A DNA stretch of 44,534 bases, filler included, from Jimgerdemannia flammicorona (lineage: Eukaryota): NCBI GenBank assembly GCA_003990765.1. It is 2 parts of 2 records of this genome, joined end to end, with 100 filler letters (N's around TTAATTAATTAA, not from the genome) between each part and the next. Parts side by side here need not be neighbours in the genome. Positions count along the whole stretch, not along the records: positions 22,321 to 44,534 come from RBNJ01001317.1; 1 more part is not named here. One strand, 5' to 3'. Shown one piece after another: positions 25,772 to 39,235 of the stretch; the first letter of the stretch is position 1; every line of letters starts with the position of its first letter. The position numbers were made by a program, and so were the translations under genes. The notes beneath the pieces are model-generated. The model was not told the origin of the DNA. It was given only the letters and a program-made list of their open reading frames with translations, and ran no database searches.

Positions 25772-26331
25772 CGTGGTGGATTCGTTGTCCTGCAGTTCTT
25801 CTGTTCGTCATCATCAGTGGCTCTTTGTCTAGCCATCCATCGTCGTCTCCTGCCATTCATCGTTGCCTTGCTATTCGTCCTGGCATTCGTCCTGGCATTT
25901 GTCTGGCGGCCTATTGTCATCTTATGACTATCCGTCATCTTACGGCCTATCATCGTCTTACGGACTATCCGTCATCTTACGGCCTTGTCTTGCTGTTCTT
26001 TCAATATGAAAAATAAAGTGGCCAAGGGATATACTCGACGTTTTTCTGTATTTATTATTGTCTTTGGAGAACCTCAAAGTTCTACAATTTTCGCAGCCAA
26101 ATTTGGCTGCAATAAGGTTACAGAGTAAGTGATATACAAACTAGTAGAAAATTCGATGAGAATTATCTGCATAAATTATACGTGACGGTTGCCAATGTCC
26201 AAATTAAAAATAAAAAAAAATAAAAAAAAAAAGGGTACAGCATGCATATCTCTGCCATCATCCAATCCTAATGCTGTCAAAGCATCAAGACTACCTCCTC
26301 ATTGATAATAAATAATCACCATTTTCCATTT

Positions 26332-29300
26332 TCAACGGCGCGCCTTCCCCTTCCCATTCCCAACCACGCTCCGCCTCTTATTAGCGGTCTCAGTCCCGCC
26401 CCCCCCACTCCGCCCCCTAATGTCCACCGCGTCGGGACTGATCATGCTCCTTCTCTTGTCAACAGCCTCGTCCCTGGTGGCAGCGCCGGCCCCGGGCATA
26501 CTGCGCTTTCTATCGGTCACATCCCCCCTGCTGATATTGTTAACAGCCATCTCCAGCTTTCCGATTCCCAACAAGACCTCCATCCGCTCGAGCAGTAACC
26601 GATCATTCTCTCTTCTAACCTCATCCTCGCGACGTTCGTCTTCCTCGAGGCGCTCGCGCTGGCGCCCATGAGCAGGCTCGTCCTCGAAGTAGATGACGGA
26701 GGGGAACCAGTCGCGACGGCGGTACTGTCGTGCGCCGAAAAGCCACAGGGCCTCGATTTCGGCGATCGAGCGAACCATCCAGACAAGCCATGCGGCCTCG
26801 GCGTGATCGTAGCGCAAGGCCAGGAAGTCGTTGAGCAGCGTAATAATGAAGTTGATGATCAGGAGCACGAACAGCATTCCGAATAGGATCAGCAAAAAGT
26901 TCGCAAGCTGGAGCGTCGAGTGCGGTATCCTGGTCTCTGACACGACGGGCTTCGCCGTAGGCTCCGCTGCCGCCTCCAGGGCTTCCCCTGCCGTGGTACC
27001 AGCCGGCGTGACCGCCAGGGGCGCCGACTGTGAGGAAATCGGTGTGGACGAACTGCTCGCCTCTTCTGTTGGATCGGGATTAATCTCGTCATCTTGCCAG
27101 AACGGCTGCATGGACGAGAGATCGCCACGCATAAAGAATATGACGTTCTTCATAGCTTGATCGAAAGACGCGAACGGGTTCCCCTGTCGAACAATAGAAG
27201 TGGCTGCGCTGATGCTTGTCGCCTGCGGATATCGCGGGGTTGGCATTGGCGGAGGCGATGGGCAAGGGGGGATGACGGGCTGACGAAAGTAGGCTTGTGG
27301 TGCGGTGATGGTGATGTTGCCGAAGAGGATGCTCCTGTTGGGGCCCGAAAAGGTGGCGTTGATGGTGCCCGTGAGAGTCTGGTTGAGTGCAGTGGTGTTG
27401 GCCGAAATGGTGTTGTTGGCGACCGCAGCTGCTTCCAGAAATTGGTCGGCCAGCGAATGTACAGATGGGATCGCCGTGGGGACCGAGTTGATTGTGAAGG
27501 TAGGGAAGGTGGTGGTTCGGGTCGGCTGGGTATCTTTGAGAAGGATGTAGAACGCTTGGGAGAAGGCGAGGACAAGAACCGCAAGGAGGACCAGGAAGAA
27601 TAATAGCGTTTGGGTGATATTTGAAATACGGTAGAGGAAAATTCCAAAGGGTTTGTAAATTCGGAGATGTAATAACTGTCGTGGAAAGGCAAGGAGATTT
27701 GGAGAATAGGAGGTCAATAAATAGCGAAGAAAATAAAATGCGCGCTCCTTTTTTTTTTTTTTTTTTTTTTTCCCCGATCGCAATCGACGAAGCTACCGAT
27801 ACTCACGATATTCAACCACAGGAACAATACGCTGATCACCACCACCCCGACTTCAACCTCTCCCTCCACCCCAGCGATCATGACCGTCGCCACCCCCAGC
27901 GGCAGCAGCCCGGCACCGATAAGTCTGATAGAGTTCTCAAGCTTATGCACATAACCGCTGACGCCGCCGACGAGCCTGACCTTTCTAGCCTCCTGGACGA
28001 TGACCAATATGGCCATAACGAGGACGAGTGCCCTGAGAGTTGCGGAGACGGCGGAAGGGGTCGCGAGCGTGACGGTGACGGCGTATACGACGAAGTAAAC
28101 GAGGTAGAAAATCCAGAGCGCGAGGAACCGGGTGCGTGCAAAGGCGCGCCACTTGAAGGAAATGATGGGATTGGAGACCGAAGGGTGGCGGAATAGGAGG
28201 CCCGAGTTGGTATTGGGGTCCAGGGCCAGGTGGGCGAAGAGCGAAGTGGTGGGCGTCCACCAGCGGACCTTGGTGGAGGGCGTGGTAGTGGTGGTCGTGT
28301 GGGTGGAGAAGACGGGGAGCGTGGTGGTGGTCGTGGATGGTTCCGTTCGGCTCGTCGGCGGTGGGGCGTTCGGAAGCTGCTCCGAGTAGTCAAATAGCTT
28401 GGGCAGGGGAAGCAGGTACAATCTGGCAGGGTGGGAGATGTTCTTGCCCATTCTTCCAAACGACTTGGACGCCTGCACGTGATAGTTGTCTTTGGTCCAC
28501 TTGCCTTTCCCCTTGGCCCTCCTCGATGCGCCGACCATCTCGTCCACGGCGAAGGCGTAATTCTCCTCCTGGGTGGACCTCTCGAACCTGCCGTTGACGA
28601 CCTCTGTCCTGAGCAGCTCGCGCGGGGTTTCCTTGGACGTTGGAGGGAACCAACTGACGTGCTCTTCCATCAGCCTATCGACGTAATCCGGGTAGTTGAC
28701 GAGCAGGGCGGGGAGGGCCTTGACGGCGGTGATCATGTACCCTGAATGGACAACGGCGCGGTTGGCCATGTACTCGAGCAGAGCCCAGACGATAGCGGGC
28801 CGCTTGAGGGCAATTGCGAGGGTGAGGGCAGACTCAGTGGTGTGTGGTGGCGTGGCGCCGAGGACGGAGATGGAGAAGGAGGGCGAGCTCCTAGCGACAT
28901 GGAAGCACGGGATGTACTGCCCCGTGGCGAGGAAGTCCAAGACCAGCGAGTCCCAGCCGAGATACAGCCAGTCCTGCATGGGGTACAGGCCGCCGTTGAC
29001 GACGGAGAGGACCTCAGGGTGCTCCTGGACACCGCGCTCGATCATCTCGCGGATTCGCTTCACGACCCAGAACCGGCTCTCCATGTCGTCAGCCTTCTCG
29101 TCCGCGGACCCGTCGCCGTCTTCCTCGACCCGCCCGGTTCTCACGTCCCTCATGAATTTCACGGCCCTGCATGCGTCCCTCAGCGTCCTCACCGACACTT
29201 CCCTGGTCCTGTCGTTGCGGGTCTCGCCATCGTCCGCGGGTGGCAGCTTGAGCACGACGTCCTTGTGCCCGCTCTGCGATAGCCGGACGCGCAGTATGTA

Positions 29301-30552
29301 CTCCCCAGCGTCCGCATTCTCCGTATCGATCCAGATCTGTTGGATCAGCTGGTAATTGTTAATGGGCGCGTTCTGGTTCACGCTTCCGGCCGTCGAAGGC
29401 GGAACGCTAAGCCCCCGCCCGCCGGGTGGAACCGACGCGCGCGGGGACACGGGGGTAGTCCAAATGTACTGTAAAGTGACGTCGTCATTCCCACCCATGG
29501 CTGCGGCGGCAGCGGCACCATTTCCATACTCCTCACTTCCATCCTCGTCCTCACCATCATTCCAACCCCTCTCCCTCTCCCTCTCCCTCTCCTGCGCGGC
29601 CGCACCACCGAATCTCCCCCCGCCAAAGGCCCACACCTGAATGGAATAGTCGCCGGCGATGAGCACACGGTTGTGATCGAGAAAGTACGCAAACACGTCC
29701 GGCGTAAGGCGGTTGGCAACCCAGGGCTCCGGGTTGATGGCTTGGGCGGAGTGAGCGAAGAAGATCTTGTGCTCTGGGTGCAGTCCGGAGGCCAGCACGA
29801 TGAAGCGCTCGGTCGGGTGCGAGAAATGGTGTCCGGGTTGCAGGCGGACGAGCGTCGCCGGGTGGCTTTTTGAGGCGGCGCTGAGGCCGATCCCGAGCGA
29901 TGAGGTCAAGGCGGAGGGCATCAACGGATGGATCTGCAGGGCCTTGCCCAGGTTCTCGACGAACCAACCACCATCGGGGCTGCCGAGCTGTGTGGCCCAA
30001 GGGACGATACTTGCGCGCTCGAGGCCGTGGTGCTGGAACGTACCGAGCAGGGTGCAGCTGTAGGGTTCCCATACCTCGGTGGCGATGTCGCCGTACGGGG
30101 TTGTTCCGAGTGTGACGAGGACGGTTGCGGTGGCGCCCGTGCCGGCCACGGTGGAGGATGAGACGAACTCTGGGTGGTCGGTGTCTGTGAATCCGATGAA
30201 GTCGATCTTGTTGACGACGACAGTGCGCGAGAGGGGGATGCCGCCGCTCTCGACCAGGTAAATGGTCAGCTCAGAGGGAATATCGCCCTCCAGCGGGACC
30301 GTGTAGACGGCCAGGAGGTCGCCGGCGTTGGACAGTGCAGTACGCACGAAGACCTTGCCGTGGCGGAAAGCACGGTGGTGGTCGTCGTGACCGAGCATCA
30401 CGCGCGCAAAAAGCTGTGTCTCACCCTGCCCCCCCCCGCTCACGACGACGCCGGAGCGAAGGCGTGCAAGGAGGTCCGTAGCGGTGCTGGTGACTGTTGG
30501 GTCGGCGTTGCCGTTGGTTACGGCATCTGGCGTCAGAGTTATGGGTGCAGGG

Positions 30553-30594
<42 letters not shown>

Positions 30595-32063
30595 GTTGCC
30601 GTCGTCGTGGTGTCTGTTGACCCGTCCGCGCCGAGGGTGATTTGCCACAGGCTGAGGCTGGCGTAAGGCTCGAGCCAAGCGATGGACATTCCGAACCGGA
30701 GGGAAGACATTACGAGCTGGAGCTGGTCGAACGCATTGACCCAGGCGCCGCCAATGTCCTGCGTAAGGAACGCGAGGTCGAGCTTGTAGAGGAGTGTCCA
30801 GTTGGTGGTGGAGAGGATGTGCACGTGCGTCCCGTCGCAGACGCCAAGTCGCGCGGTAGGCAGAAACTCGATGACCCCGTACAAGTTTACGAAGGACTGC
30901 GCTCGGATCGGGCTCTGCGTCTCGGTGGAGAGCAGCAGGAACGAGTCGGCCGGGTTCGGCGTGGACGGACGCAGGGCGTACTGGCCGGGAACCTGACCAC
31001 GGATGGTGTTTCCGCTAGACGCGACGATGCACGACGAGAGCGCGATGAACTGACCATAGTTGGATACGGCGAGGAAGGCCTCCCCGGGGGGCAGGATGCG
31101 TCCGCCCGTACCGCCGTCACCGGATCCAACGAATGAGCTCTGGCGTTTGAAGAAGCCCGTGCGGTAAGTACCGCGTGCTTCGAGTTTGCCGAGGGAGCGG
31201 CCAGCGCCGGTGGCGGTTACGCCGGGGCGGTATACCCATGTGATGACGATGCCGTCATCGCGGCTGAAGCTTGCGACAGTGGTACCATCGGGGGAGACGG
31301 AGACGAGATCGATGTTGGAGTGGTGGTGGTGGTAGAGGCCGAAGAATTGTGGGGGTTGCGACGCGAGGCGGTTGGAGGCTGGGTTGGAGCCCGAGAGCAT
31401 GGGGGTCTCGGAGGTGAAGGAGAAGTCGGACTGCGGGGTCATGATGCCCGGAGAGGCGAAGGGGAGCGTGTCGGCAACGGCTTCGAGCGTCAGGCTCGCG
31501 GCGAGGTCGGTATCGTCGCGAAGGGTCGAGCGGTACTGGTTCGAAGACAAGCTATCGTGACGGATCCCGGATACCTCGGTTTCTGCAAGGTCGCGGTTGT
31601 ACGTGCTTGGGGATTTCTGTGCTGGTGGAGGTCGTGTCATGGCGGTGGGGTGGCTTGTGCTTCCCTGGTTGCTACTGCTACGGAGGTTTGTGGTGCTGCT
31701 GGATTTTTGGAGTGTCTGGAGGAACTCGGGCAGCCGAAGTTCAGGGACGGTGCCGGGCTCGATGTGCAGGTCGCGGAACTTTGTGCGGTAGTTGAGGGCC
31801 TCGCTTGACGAAGAAGCGAAGGCGTTTGGGCTAGGGTGACGCGCGACGGCGAGGCCCGAGAACACGGGAGTTTGGGAATCGGGCGAAATGGACAGGAACT
31901 GCGGGGCCAGCTGTGGGGAGAGGGCCAGAGGCGAGACGGCGTTGCGTACGGGGGGTGGGGGCAGCGAGCGCGAATAGGTAGGCGGGCGTCGCAGCGGAGG
32001 GGGGGGAGGGGGAGGGAAGTAAGGTTGCTGTTGCTGCTGGTGTTGATCCTTGCCGTCGGCCAT
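26332..32063 (-). CDS. Large TRP-like cation channel with a beta-propeller-like N-terminal region (2 exons, about 1866 aa)
   Basis: Exons 32063-27807 and 27675-26332 are joined by intron 27806-27676 (GTGAGT...ACAG), giving FLWLNI|LLHLRIYKPFG. Motifs include pre-S1 FKWRAFAR, TM helices, S5 LAFSQAFYILL, pore NPFASFDQAMKNVIFFMRGD, S6 LIINFIITLLND and TRP-box-like WLVWMVRSIAEIE...DWFPSVIYF. Confidence 0.9.
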
Positions 32064-32779
32064 TGTTGTGGGTGGTGGTGGTTAGTTCCCGCGACTCCCA
32101 GCTGGACAGCAGAGGAACACGTCTTGCGGGCTTGAGGGTAAGTCTTGTGACGTATCAGATCAACTCATTTGCATCACCTTGCCTAAATCAGGAAGCCACA
32201 CAGCCTGATCACTTCCAGCCCTTCGTTTACCCCCCAAACCAACCATGTGTCACAATGGCGCACAACGATATCGCGGATCCCTTTCCATATGTGGTCGTTC
32301 GTTCGGAATGTATGCGTCATTATTATTGGACGTCACGTCTTTATTGCTTCTTTGGTATCAAGTCGCGTCAAACATTTAATGGGAAAGAAATATCGGAGGG
32401 AGCGCGAAAACAAAAATGTCAACCCCCCGAAATGACGCGTCGGTTTTCGACGACGGAATCAATCAGCCCAAACTTAAGCTGTGCGAGGCGGCAAAGCAAA
32501 TACAAATCAGTAACCTTGTGGAGATAGGCACCGGCGTTGGCCCGAGGGGCGTGGTTATGCATCTCTGAGGGGCTGAGTAGTAGGTCCTCTGTCAACATGG
32601 ATTATATCTCTATTGCCTGCTCCTTCATTCCAGCCACGGTATAGTGCGCCAAGTCTATAATCGACCTACGTTACACAAGTCGAAAAATAGCATCACATAA
32701 GATGTGACGTAACTACGAATAAAACCCTTTAGAAGTTACCGTATACATTTTGAGGATGGCATCCTGAGGAATACAGCAA

Positions 32780-34720
32780 TGTGATTTATACTTTTAACTA
32801 TATATTCTGTATTTTTTTGCATTAAATTTTTTATAATATACATCTATATTTCATACTCTATTACACTAACAGTTAAATTTAGTTGTTTTTTTTTTTTTTT
32901 GACTTAAAAAAAATTACCAAATTGATTTTTATAAAATTTTTTAATATATCTGTTTTTTTACTCAAATTAAGCTATAATATAGTTTAAAGATAAGACATTA
33001 TCTATTACTTAAATTATATATTTCAATAATAAGAAATATAATAATATTAATAATTTAGAATTAACTTATAATAAATATATAGTTTTAAGTCAAAAATTTG
33101 TATGGGCCAAATGTGATGAACCAGGGGTCAATGAGCTGACTGCAGCTAGCCAATCAGATCAGACAAGCAAATTTGCTAATGAGGAAAAATAGTTACTTTT
33201 ATATAGAAAAAATGCAAAACTTCACCCAGAAAAAATGTAAAAAAATATAAAATCTCAATAAAAATAAGCAAATTTTATTAGTTTTAAAATACTAAGAAAA
33301 AGTCACACCTAAGCAGGTTAAGTATATATATCTCAACAAGAGTCATATAGAATTATTTCTACCAAAATATATAACTGAGATATATTGATTTCTATTATTA
33401 TTTTTACAACCAAAAATTCATATTAATGAAAATAAATATATTGAGTATATTCTCAAATTTCTGAAGCAATATCTATATTAATAGTTTGATACAGATTTAT
33501 AAAAAAATTATATTATAATAATATCTTTTATGAAAGGTAAGAAATTTTAGTAAAAATTAATAATAGTCATAGTAATTATATTATTTATTAATAAAAAGAA
33601 AAAAAAATATATATATAATCTAGTTATATATTTATATTATAATATCTTCATAAGTTCATTATATGAAAAAATCTACAGAATTCAGCAAAATATATATAAA
33701 TATTATATAATTATAGCTTAAAAGATTGAGATATACCAATTTTATATAAATGAAGAATAAAGCACAAAGAGTGATAAATTTCAGTATAGTTATATAGTAA
33801 TTATATTATTCATTAATAAAAATATCATAATGTCTTTATAAGTTCAGAAATCTGTAGAATTTAGCAAAAATATATATAAATACTATATAACTATAGCTTA
33901 AAAGATTGAAATATACTAATTTCTGATTATAGCTATATGATTTAGCTTTAAGTAATATATAATTTATAATATAAGATAATAATTTAAGAAGCTCAAGACT
34001 CATCAAGAGACTCAATACATATATATTATATTAATCTTATTATAGATTGATAAGTAATATATATCTAACTCAATATATATATTATTGAATTGCTTGCATT
34101 ATAGCTAGTATATAATAAGTAGTACTAATAAGCTCAACATATATCTCTTTGACTATAGATAAGATCATCTTTTAAAATCATTTAGTAGACAAATTAAAGT
34201 TTGAAAAAAATGATTTTTTAAAATACTGTTTTTCTGTTAAAAATATGTCTCAATTTGTTTAAAAACAATTTTTTTTTTTTTTATAAAATTTTTACCAAAG
34301 GTAGAATTATTATATAAAAAATTATTGGTAAAATTTTTTTTAAAAGCTATTATGATTTTAAAAGTTATAAATTTTTAAAATCTTGCTTCTAAATATAGGT
34401 GCAAAATAGTCAAAGAGATATGGTCTATATATATAGTAAGCTCAATATAAATATAGCAAGCTTATATTGATAAATAATATATACATATGTATCTGACCAA
34501 GCTTTCATTAATATATCATTAATGAAAATTAATTACTTATATTATAGCCAGTATATATAGTAAGCTCAGTAAGCTCAATATATATATATTATAATAGTGA
34601 TCTCAGAATGATGATATCAGTATAGAAGATAGCCTTCCTTATAAGCTATCAGATATTATATAGTACATATAACTTACTCAGACTATGAGATGAGTAATGA
34701 TGACTAACTATGAGTTATTG
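32780..34720. mobile_element. AT-rich decayed repeat block with internal duplications
   Basis: It contains almost no CpG. A ~130-bp direct duplication (33569-33742 versus 33794-33922) and recurring aagctcaatata motifs are visible. Confidence 0.55.
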
Positions 34721-34721
34721 T

Positions 34722-34724
<3 letters not shown>

Positions 34725-34752
<28 letters not shown>

Positions 34753-34935
34753 AGTTACTTAGATATCATCATTTATTACTAATTTATTAATATGGTTACA
34801 GTATCACCTCTCACTATCTAATCCCCATAGGAGAGCCCTCTCTCATCCTTTTGTAGATAAAGACTACTTTCTCACTTATCACCCCAACTCTCCTCCCACT
34901 CTGTTTACAGATTTTCTCTACTAAGTGATGCCTCT
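34725..34935 (-). mobile_element. 5'-truncated LINE 3' end of the same family
   Basis: poly(T) followed by agttacttaga...ccccataggagagccctctc...ctctgtttacagat resembles 20736-20930. No TSD was found. Confidence 0.75.
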
Positions 34936-34982
34936 GATTCTCTGATTTCTTCAAAGGTGATTGTATTGGCCTGCTCCTTGTT

Positions 34983-35840
34983 TCATATGACATTGCTTGG
35001 TTGAGCCTTGTGTTTGGTTTCACTCATACATTCATAGGAGTAGTGGCCTTCTTCTCTGCAGCTGTAGCAGGTACTTTTCTTCTTGTCTGAGGTGGCAGCA
35101 AACTTCTGAACAGGGCGGCGATCTCTTCCTCGGATTTCCTTTACCACATCTCCCAGGTGGGCAGTCATTTTAGCAAACCTTTTGGCAAGTTTCTCCATAG
35201 GGTCGCTGTTCTTTTGCTACTCGATAGCTTTTGGCTGAGGTGTGTTTCGATTGATCATTGTGGTGGAGATCACACTGGTTGCCTTGGGTGCCTCGATTCT
35301 GACTCCTGTAACTCTCTCCATTGTATGGTCTTGTGGGTATCTGGCTATCCAGTATCGCTGAGCATAGGTGACCCTTTGTGGCAGATCCAGAATCACTGGT
35401 GATGAGCAGATGGTCATGGCTATTTCTGGATGGACTCCTTTCATGAAGGTTGCTTCAGCTACTTGATCTCGGATAGCAGTAGTATAATCTGCAAGGATTA
35501 TCTGATATCGAATTCTGGTATAGAATGTGTTTGGATCCTCACTCATTCCTTGGCACGTTGTATTGAGCTGATCCTTCAGGGCTTGCTTGATCTTGTCTGT
35601 ATAATATGTGTTTCGGAGCCAGGTCTTCTGTGCCATCAATATAGCATCAGCATCATTTCCTGCATGGGTTGCGGCTGTGAATGCTGCTCTGGCAGGGCCT
35701 CATAGGCTGAAGGGCATGAGGGCTACTTGCTGTGCTGCTGTCAGAGTCCTTACAGCAGCATACTGCTTGAAATCATCAATGAAGGTGATGATTGATTCAT
35801 CTGAGGTATATTCATAGAATACTGGTGGTCTCATATCCAT
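34983..35840 (-). mobile_element. Ty3/Gypsy-like gag pseudo-ORF with CCHC zinc knuckle
   Basis: A single frame from MDMRPPVFYEY through QGMSEDPNTFYTRI and ATFMKGVHPEI to CYSCREEGHYSYEC (CX2CX4HX4C) is broken by two in-frame stops (TGA ~35700, TAG ~35217). pol is absent. Confidence 0.85.
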
Positions 35841-35938
35841 CTTGTCTGGGTATTGGAGCTTGGTTTGTATGGTTGTTTGGGTAGTGGTGGTTGTTCGTTG
35901 TTCAGCTTGAAAGTGAGAGATTCGTCTTGAATCATCAG

Positions 35939-36359
35939 CCAATGGGCACCAAGTTGTAACATAGCAGATGCTTACTCTTGAAAGTATGTCGGATTTCTGT
36001 ATCTTGAAAACTTGACTGTTCTGACTCTCGCAGAGTCTCTTGAAGTGGCAGGGGAGGATGGATGAGTTCGAAGTGTATCTGCCCACAGGCTTATTAGTTC
36101 CTTTGCTATCTCTTTGCTTTTGAACTATTTCAATCTGAGATTTATTCACTTGAAGATACTGGGTTATTTATACAAGTTTGCTAGCTATGGGAGGGTGGCT
36201 AAGTAATAAATGAGTCATTTGGACTTTGTTGAAACATTTGGACAATGTCTAAATACTATACTAAATTGGAGTATTCGATTTGAATAATGTCTAAAATTTA
36301 GACAATGTCTAAGAATTTAGACAATGTCGAAATTGAGGACTGCTAACTATAATGCTATA
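35939..36359 (-). mobile_element. 5' LTR (35955 to about 36359) and primer-binding site of the Gypsy-like element
   Basis: The minus strand reads ...tgttaca (LTR end) act TGGTGCCCATTGG (PBS-like) just upstream of gag. A TATA-like tataaata lies at ~36165 and gacaatgtc repeats at 36241-36328. Confidence 0.75.
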
Positions 36360-37189
36360 CTACTTTGGGAATGGGTGCAATCAAGTGTCTATTCCCTATT
36401 TCCTTCTTCCAAATCTGGCTGTACTATCATAATATTCAAATATCTTCTTGAGAGTGTTTTCTCATTCTTCCTTATTTGGCTATATATTAATAACAATTAT
36501 ATATCTGAGAAGTTTGAGCTTAGTTATTCTATTCTAATTGAAATATATATCTTTGGGTTTGACTTTACATTTCTCAAGAAGTTTGGTATAGTGAATTATT
36601 GAGAGTATATCTTAAGCTTAATTAGATATTATATTATTAGATAGTAAGTATAGGTAAGTAGATAGATTGAGTGAATTTTAACAGTTTGACTTATATATTA
36701 TAGTAGTGAGCAATAAGTATAAGTATGAGTATAAGTGATGAGCATGAGTATAAGTATAAGTAATAAATATAAGTATGAGTATGAATGATAAGTATGAGTA
36801 TAAGTATGAGTAATAAGTATGAGTATAAGTGATAAGTATAAGTATGATATAGTGATATAGTGATAATTTTATAAGTATGAGTAAGTATAAGAATAGAAAA
36901 GTAGAGAGGGTAGAAGGAGTATTTTTATATTAATAAATAGATACAAAGTAAGCTTGGTCAGATATATACTACTTATCAATATATACTCACTATACATATA
37001 CTAAGCTTACTATATATGCTTACTATATATGCTCACTATATATATATATTGAACTTACTACATATATTTACTACATATATACTGAGCTTACTATATATGC
37101 TAGTTATAATATAAGTAATTAATTCTCATTGATAATATATTGATAAAAGCTTGGCCAGACATATACTACTTATCAATATAAGCTCACAA

Positions 37190-38600
37190 TATACTATTAT
37201 ATTAGTTACTAAGTCTTTCAAATATATCAGATTCTCTTCAAGGTATATCTCTTAGACTAATCACAAGTTTATTATAAGAAAATTCTTATTAAAGTATCTT
37301 CCCAAGGTCTTATAGTCCTCAAACTTCTTATATTTAAACTGTCTTATTATCTCTTAGATTGCTTATAAGAAATTGAGAGTAAGTGAACTTGACTGACTTT
37401 ATTTCAAAGGAAATAAGAGAGGTATTTATACAAAATATAATTCAATAGTTGCTAAGATATAAAGCTAAATATAAATTTCAATAACCAAATAAAATGCTGA
37501 AACACAGAAAACTGCTAAGTTCCAGTGTTGATACAGATGATTGCACAGGTTCAGGATACTGGTATAATTTCAGTAATATAAGAAAAGAGTACTGGAATAA
37601 TTCTGAGTCATATAAGATTAAAATACTAGTAGAGGAATAGCTGTTATATAGAAAAAGAATACTGGCATAATTCAGTATAACTAAGAGACTTAGAGCAGAA
37701 TATTTAGGACTATGAGTGCTTCATTCTTATCATCACTGAAGGAGATGAGATCTATGAATATTTCAGTCTTATCATATAGATCATGCATTTTGCATATGTC
37801 ATATAGGATGATATCATCACTGATGACATTATCACATTTGACAGTGGTGGAGAGAGTGAGGATCTTCATTCTATGAGATTCTCTTCCACAAAATAAGGGA
37901 CAAATATAGGATCTTAGAGACATCTAATCTGAATGCTTGAGTCTTAGAATACTGAGATCAATTCTTATAGAAATTGATCTGAGTTGTCCTGGAGGATGGA
38001 ATGTCAGAAGTCTTCTATTTTATCACTATTGAGAGTAATAGTGGACTGGGCTTCTATAGCTACTCTGGCTTTTAGTACATTGATATAGTAGGCTGACAGA
38101 TCTCTGAAGTCTGAGACTCTAACATACTTTAAGTTGAGAATTGACCATAGTGCATGCCTGAAGATCTGATGAATCTTCTTAGCTATCCTTGTTTTATATA
38201 TATCTATAGGAGTAGTATCTTGTAACTCTTAAGGGCTGGTCTGTGGAAACTTCTGATAGAGAAGGTTTCTTATTTTATACTTCTGCCATATTTGAAGGCA
38301 TTCAGTAGTAATAGTGATCCTTGTTTCCATTTCATGGCAGTAGAGAATAAAGTGATAAGGATCCCCAGTGCCTAGGTTAAGGCTAAGAGTTCTTCTTGTA
38401 TGAGTCCTCATAGCTCTTCTGATGTCTTGAAATATCTTTTTTTTGACTGAGGGGTCTTGGTGGTTCCTTGACCTTGAGGTTTGGTGAGTAGTAGGCATTC
38501 TATTTATAGTAAGTCTTTGAGCTATTTTGGGATTGATGGGTCTTATTGAGTTGCTACTACTGCAGTTCCTTAATCCTTCTTTTATATTTCTCAAGATACC
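37190..38600 (-). mobile_element. Possible second LTR (about 37190-37534) with an adjacent decayed unidentified reading frame
   Basis: A tgttgataca end and a gaggtatttataca motif resemble the other LTRs. A long stop-interrupted minus frame runs 38600-37690. No PPT or TSD was seen. Confidence 0.3.
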
Positions 38601-39235
38601 TGTACTATAGTTACAATAACTATCTCTTTCCAGTACTATTTGGATTATACAATCTTTGGAAAGTACTTATAATATTGTTCTTAGAGAAAAGAGACTAGCA
38701 ATATGGTGACTGACAGACAACCTGAGGTATGTACAGAGTAGAGCAGCCTGAGCATATTTGACTGGCAGCATGTAGAGAGGGGCCCTGGTCTGGGGGAAAA
38801 TATGAGAGATCTGCTGGCAGGAGAATGCAGAAGAGAAGGAAGCAGTGATAGAGGACAGGGGTCAGGGAGGGCAAGCTTTACAGAGATGATAAAGGGGAGA
38901 AAGCAGATATCTGGGCTAAAGGGCTGATTGAGGAAAGGCAAGGAGATGGAGAAGGTGGCAGTACAGGGGGGAGTAGCTCTTAGTAGTGAGGGCAGTAGTG
39001 TTGGGGGTATAGTGACTGGAGGGAATGTGATGGCTGATGGTAATGGGACTGCCAATCTGAAAAAAAATCCAAATATAACTACTGATAGCAGGGCTAAGAA
39101 GATGGGGCTTGGATGGCAGGGGGATTTGGTAGATAGTGTGATGGGCTTAATGGTGGTCCTATTACTCAAGAAGTTGATCTCAGAGTTCATGATTACTTTA
39201 TACTTCCAGAGCCCAGCAGTGATGGCAAAAATGAT

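Noticed and set aside
26302..32135. Many overlapping plus-strand and alternate-frame ORFs
   Set aside because: They are shadow ORFs of the GC-rich TRP-like coding sequence.
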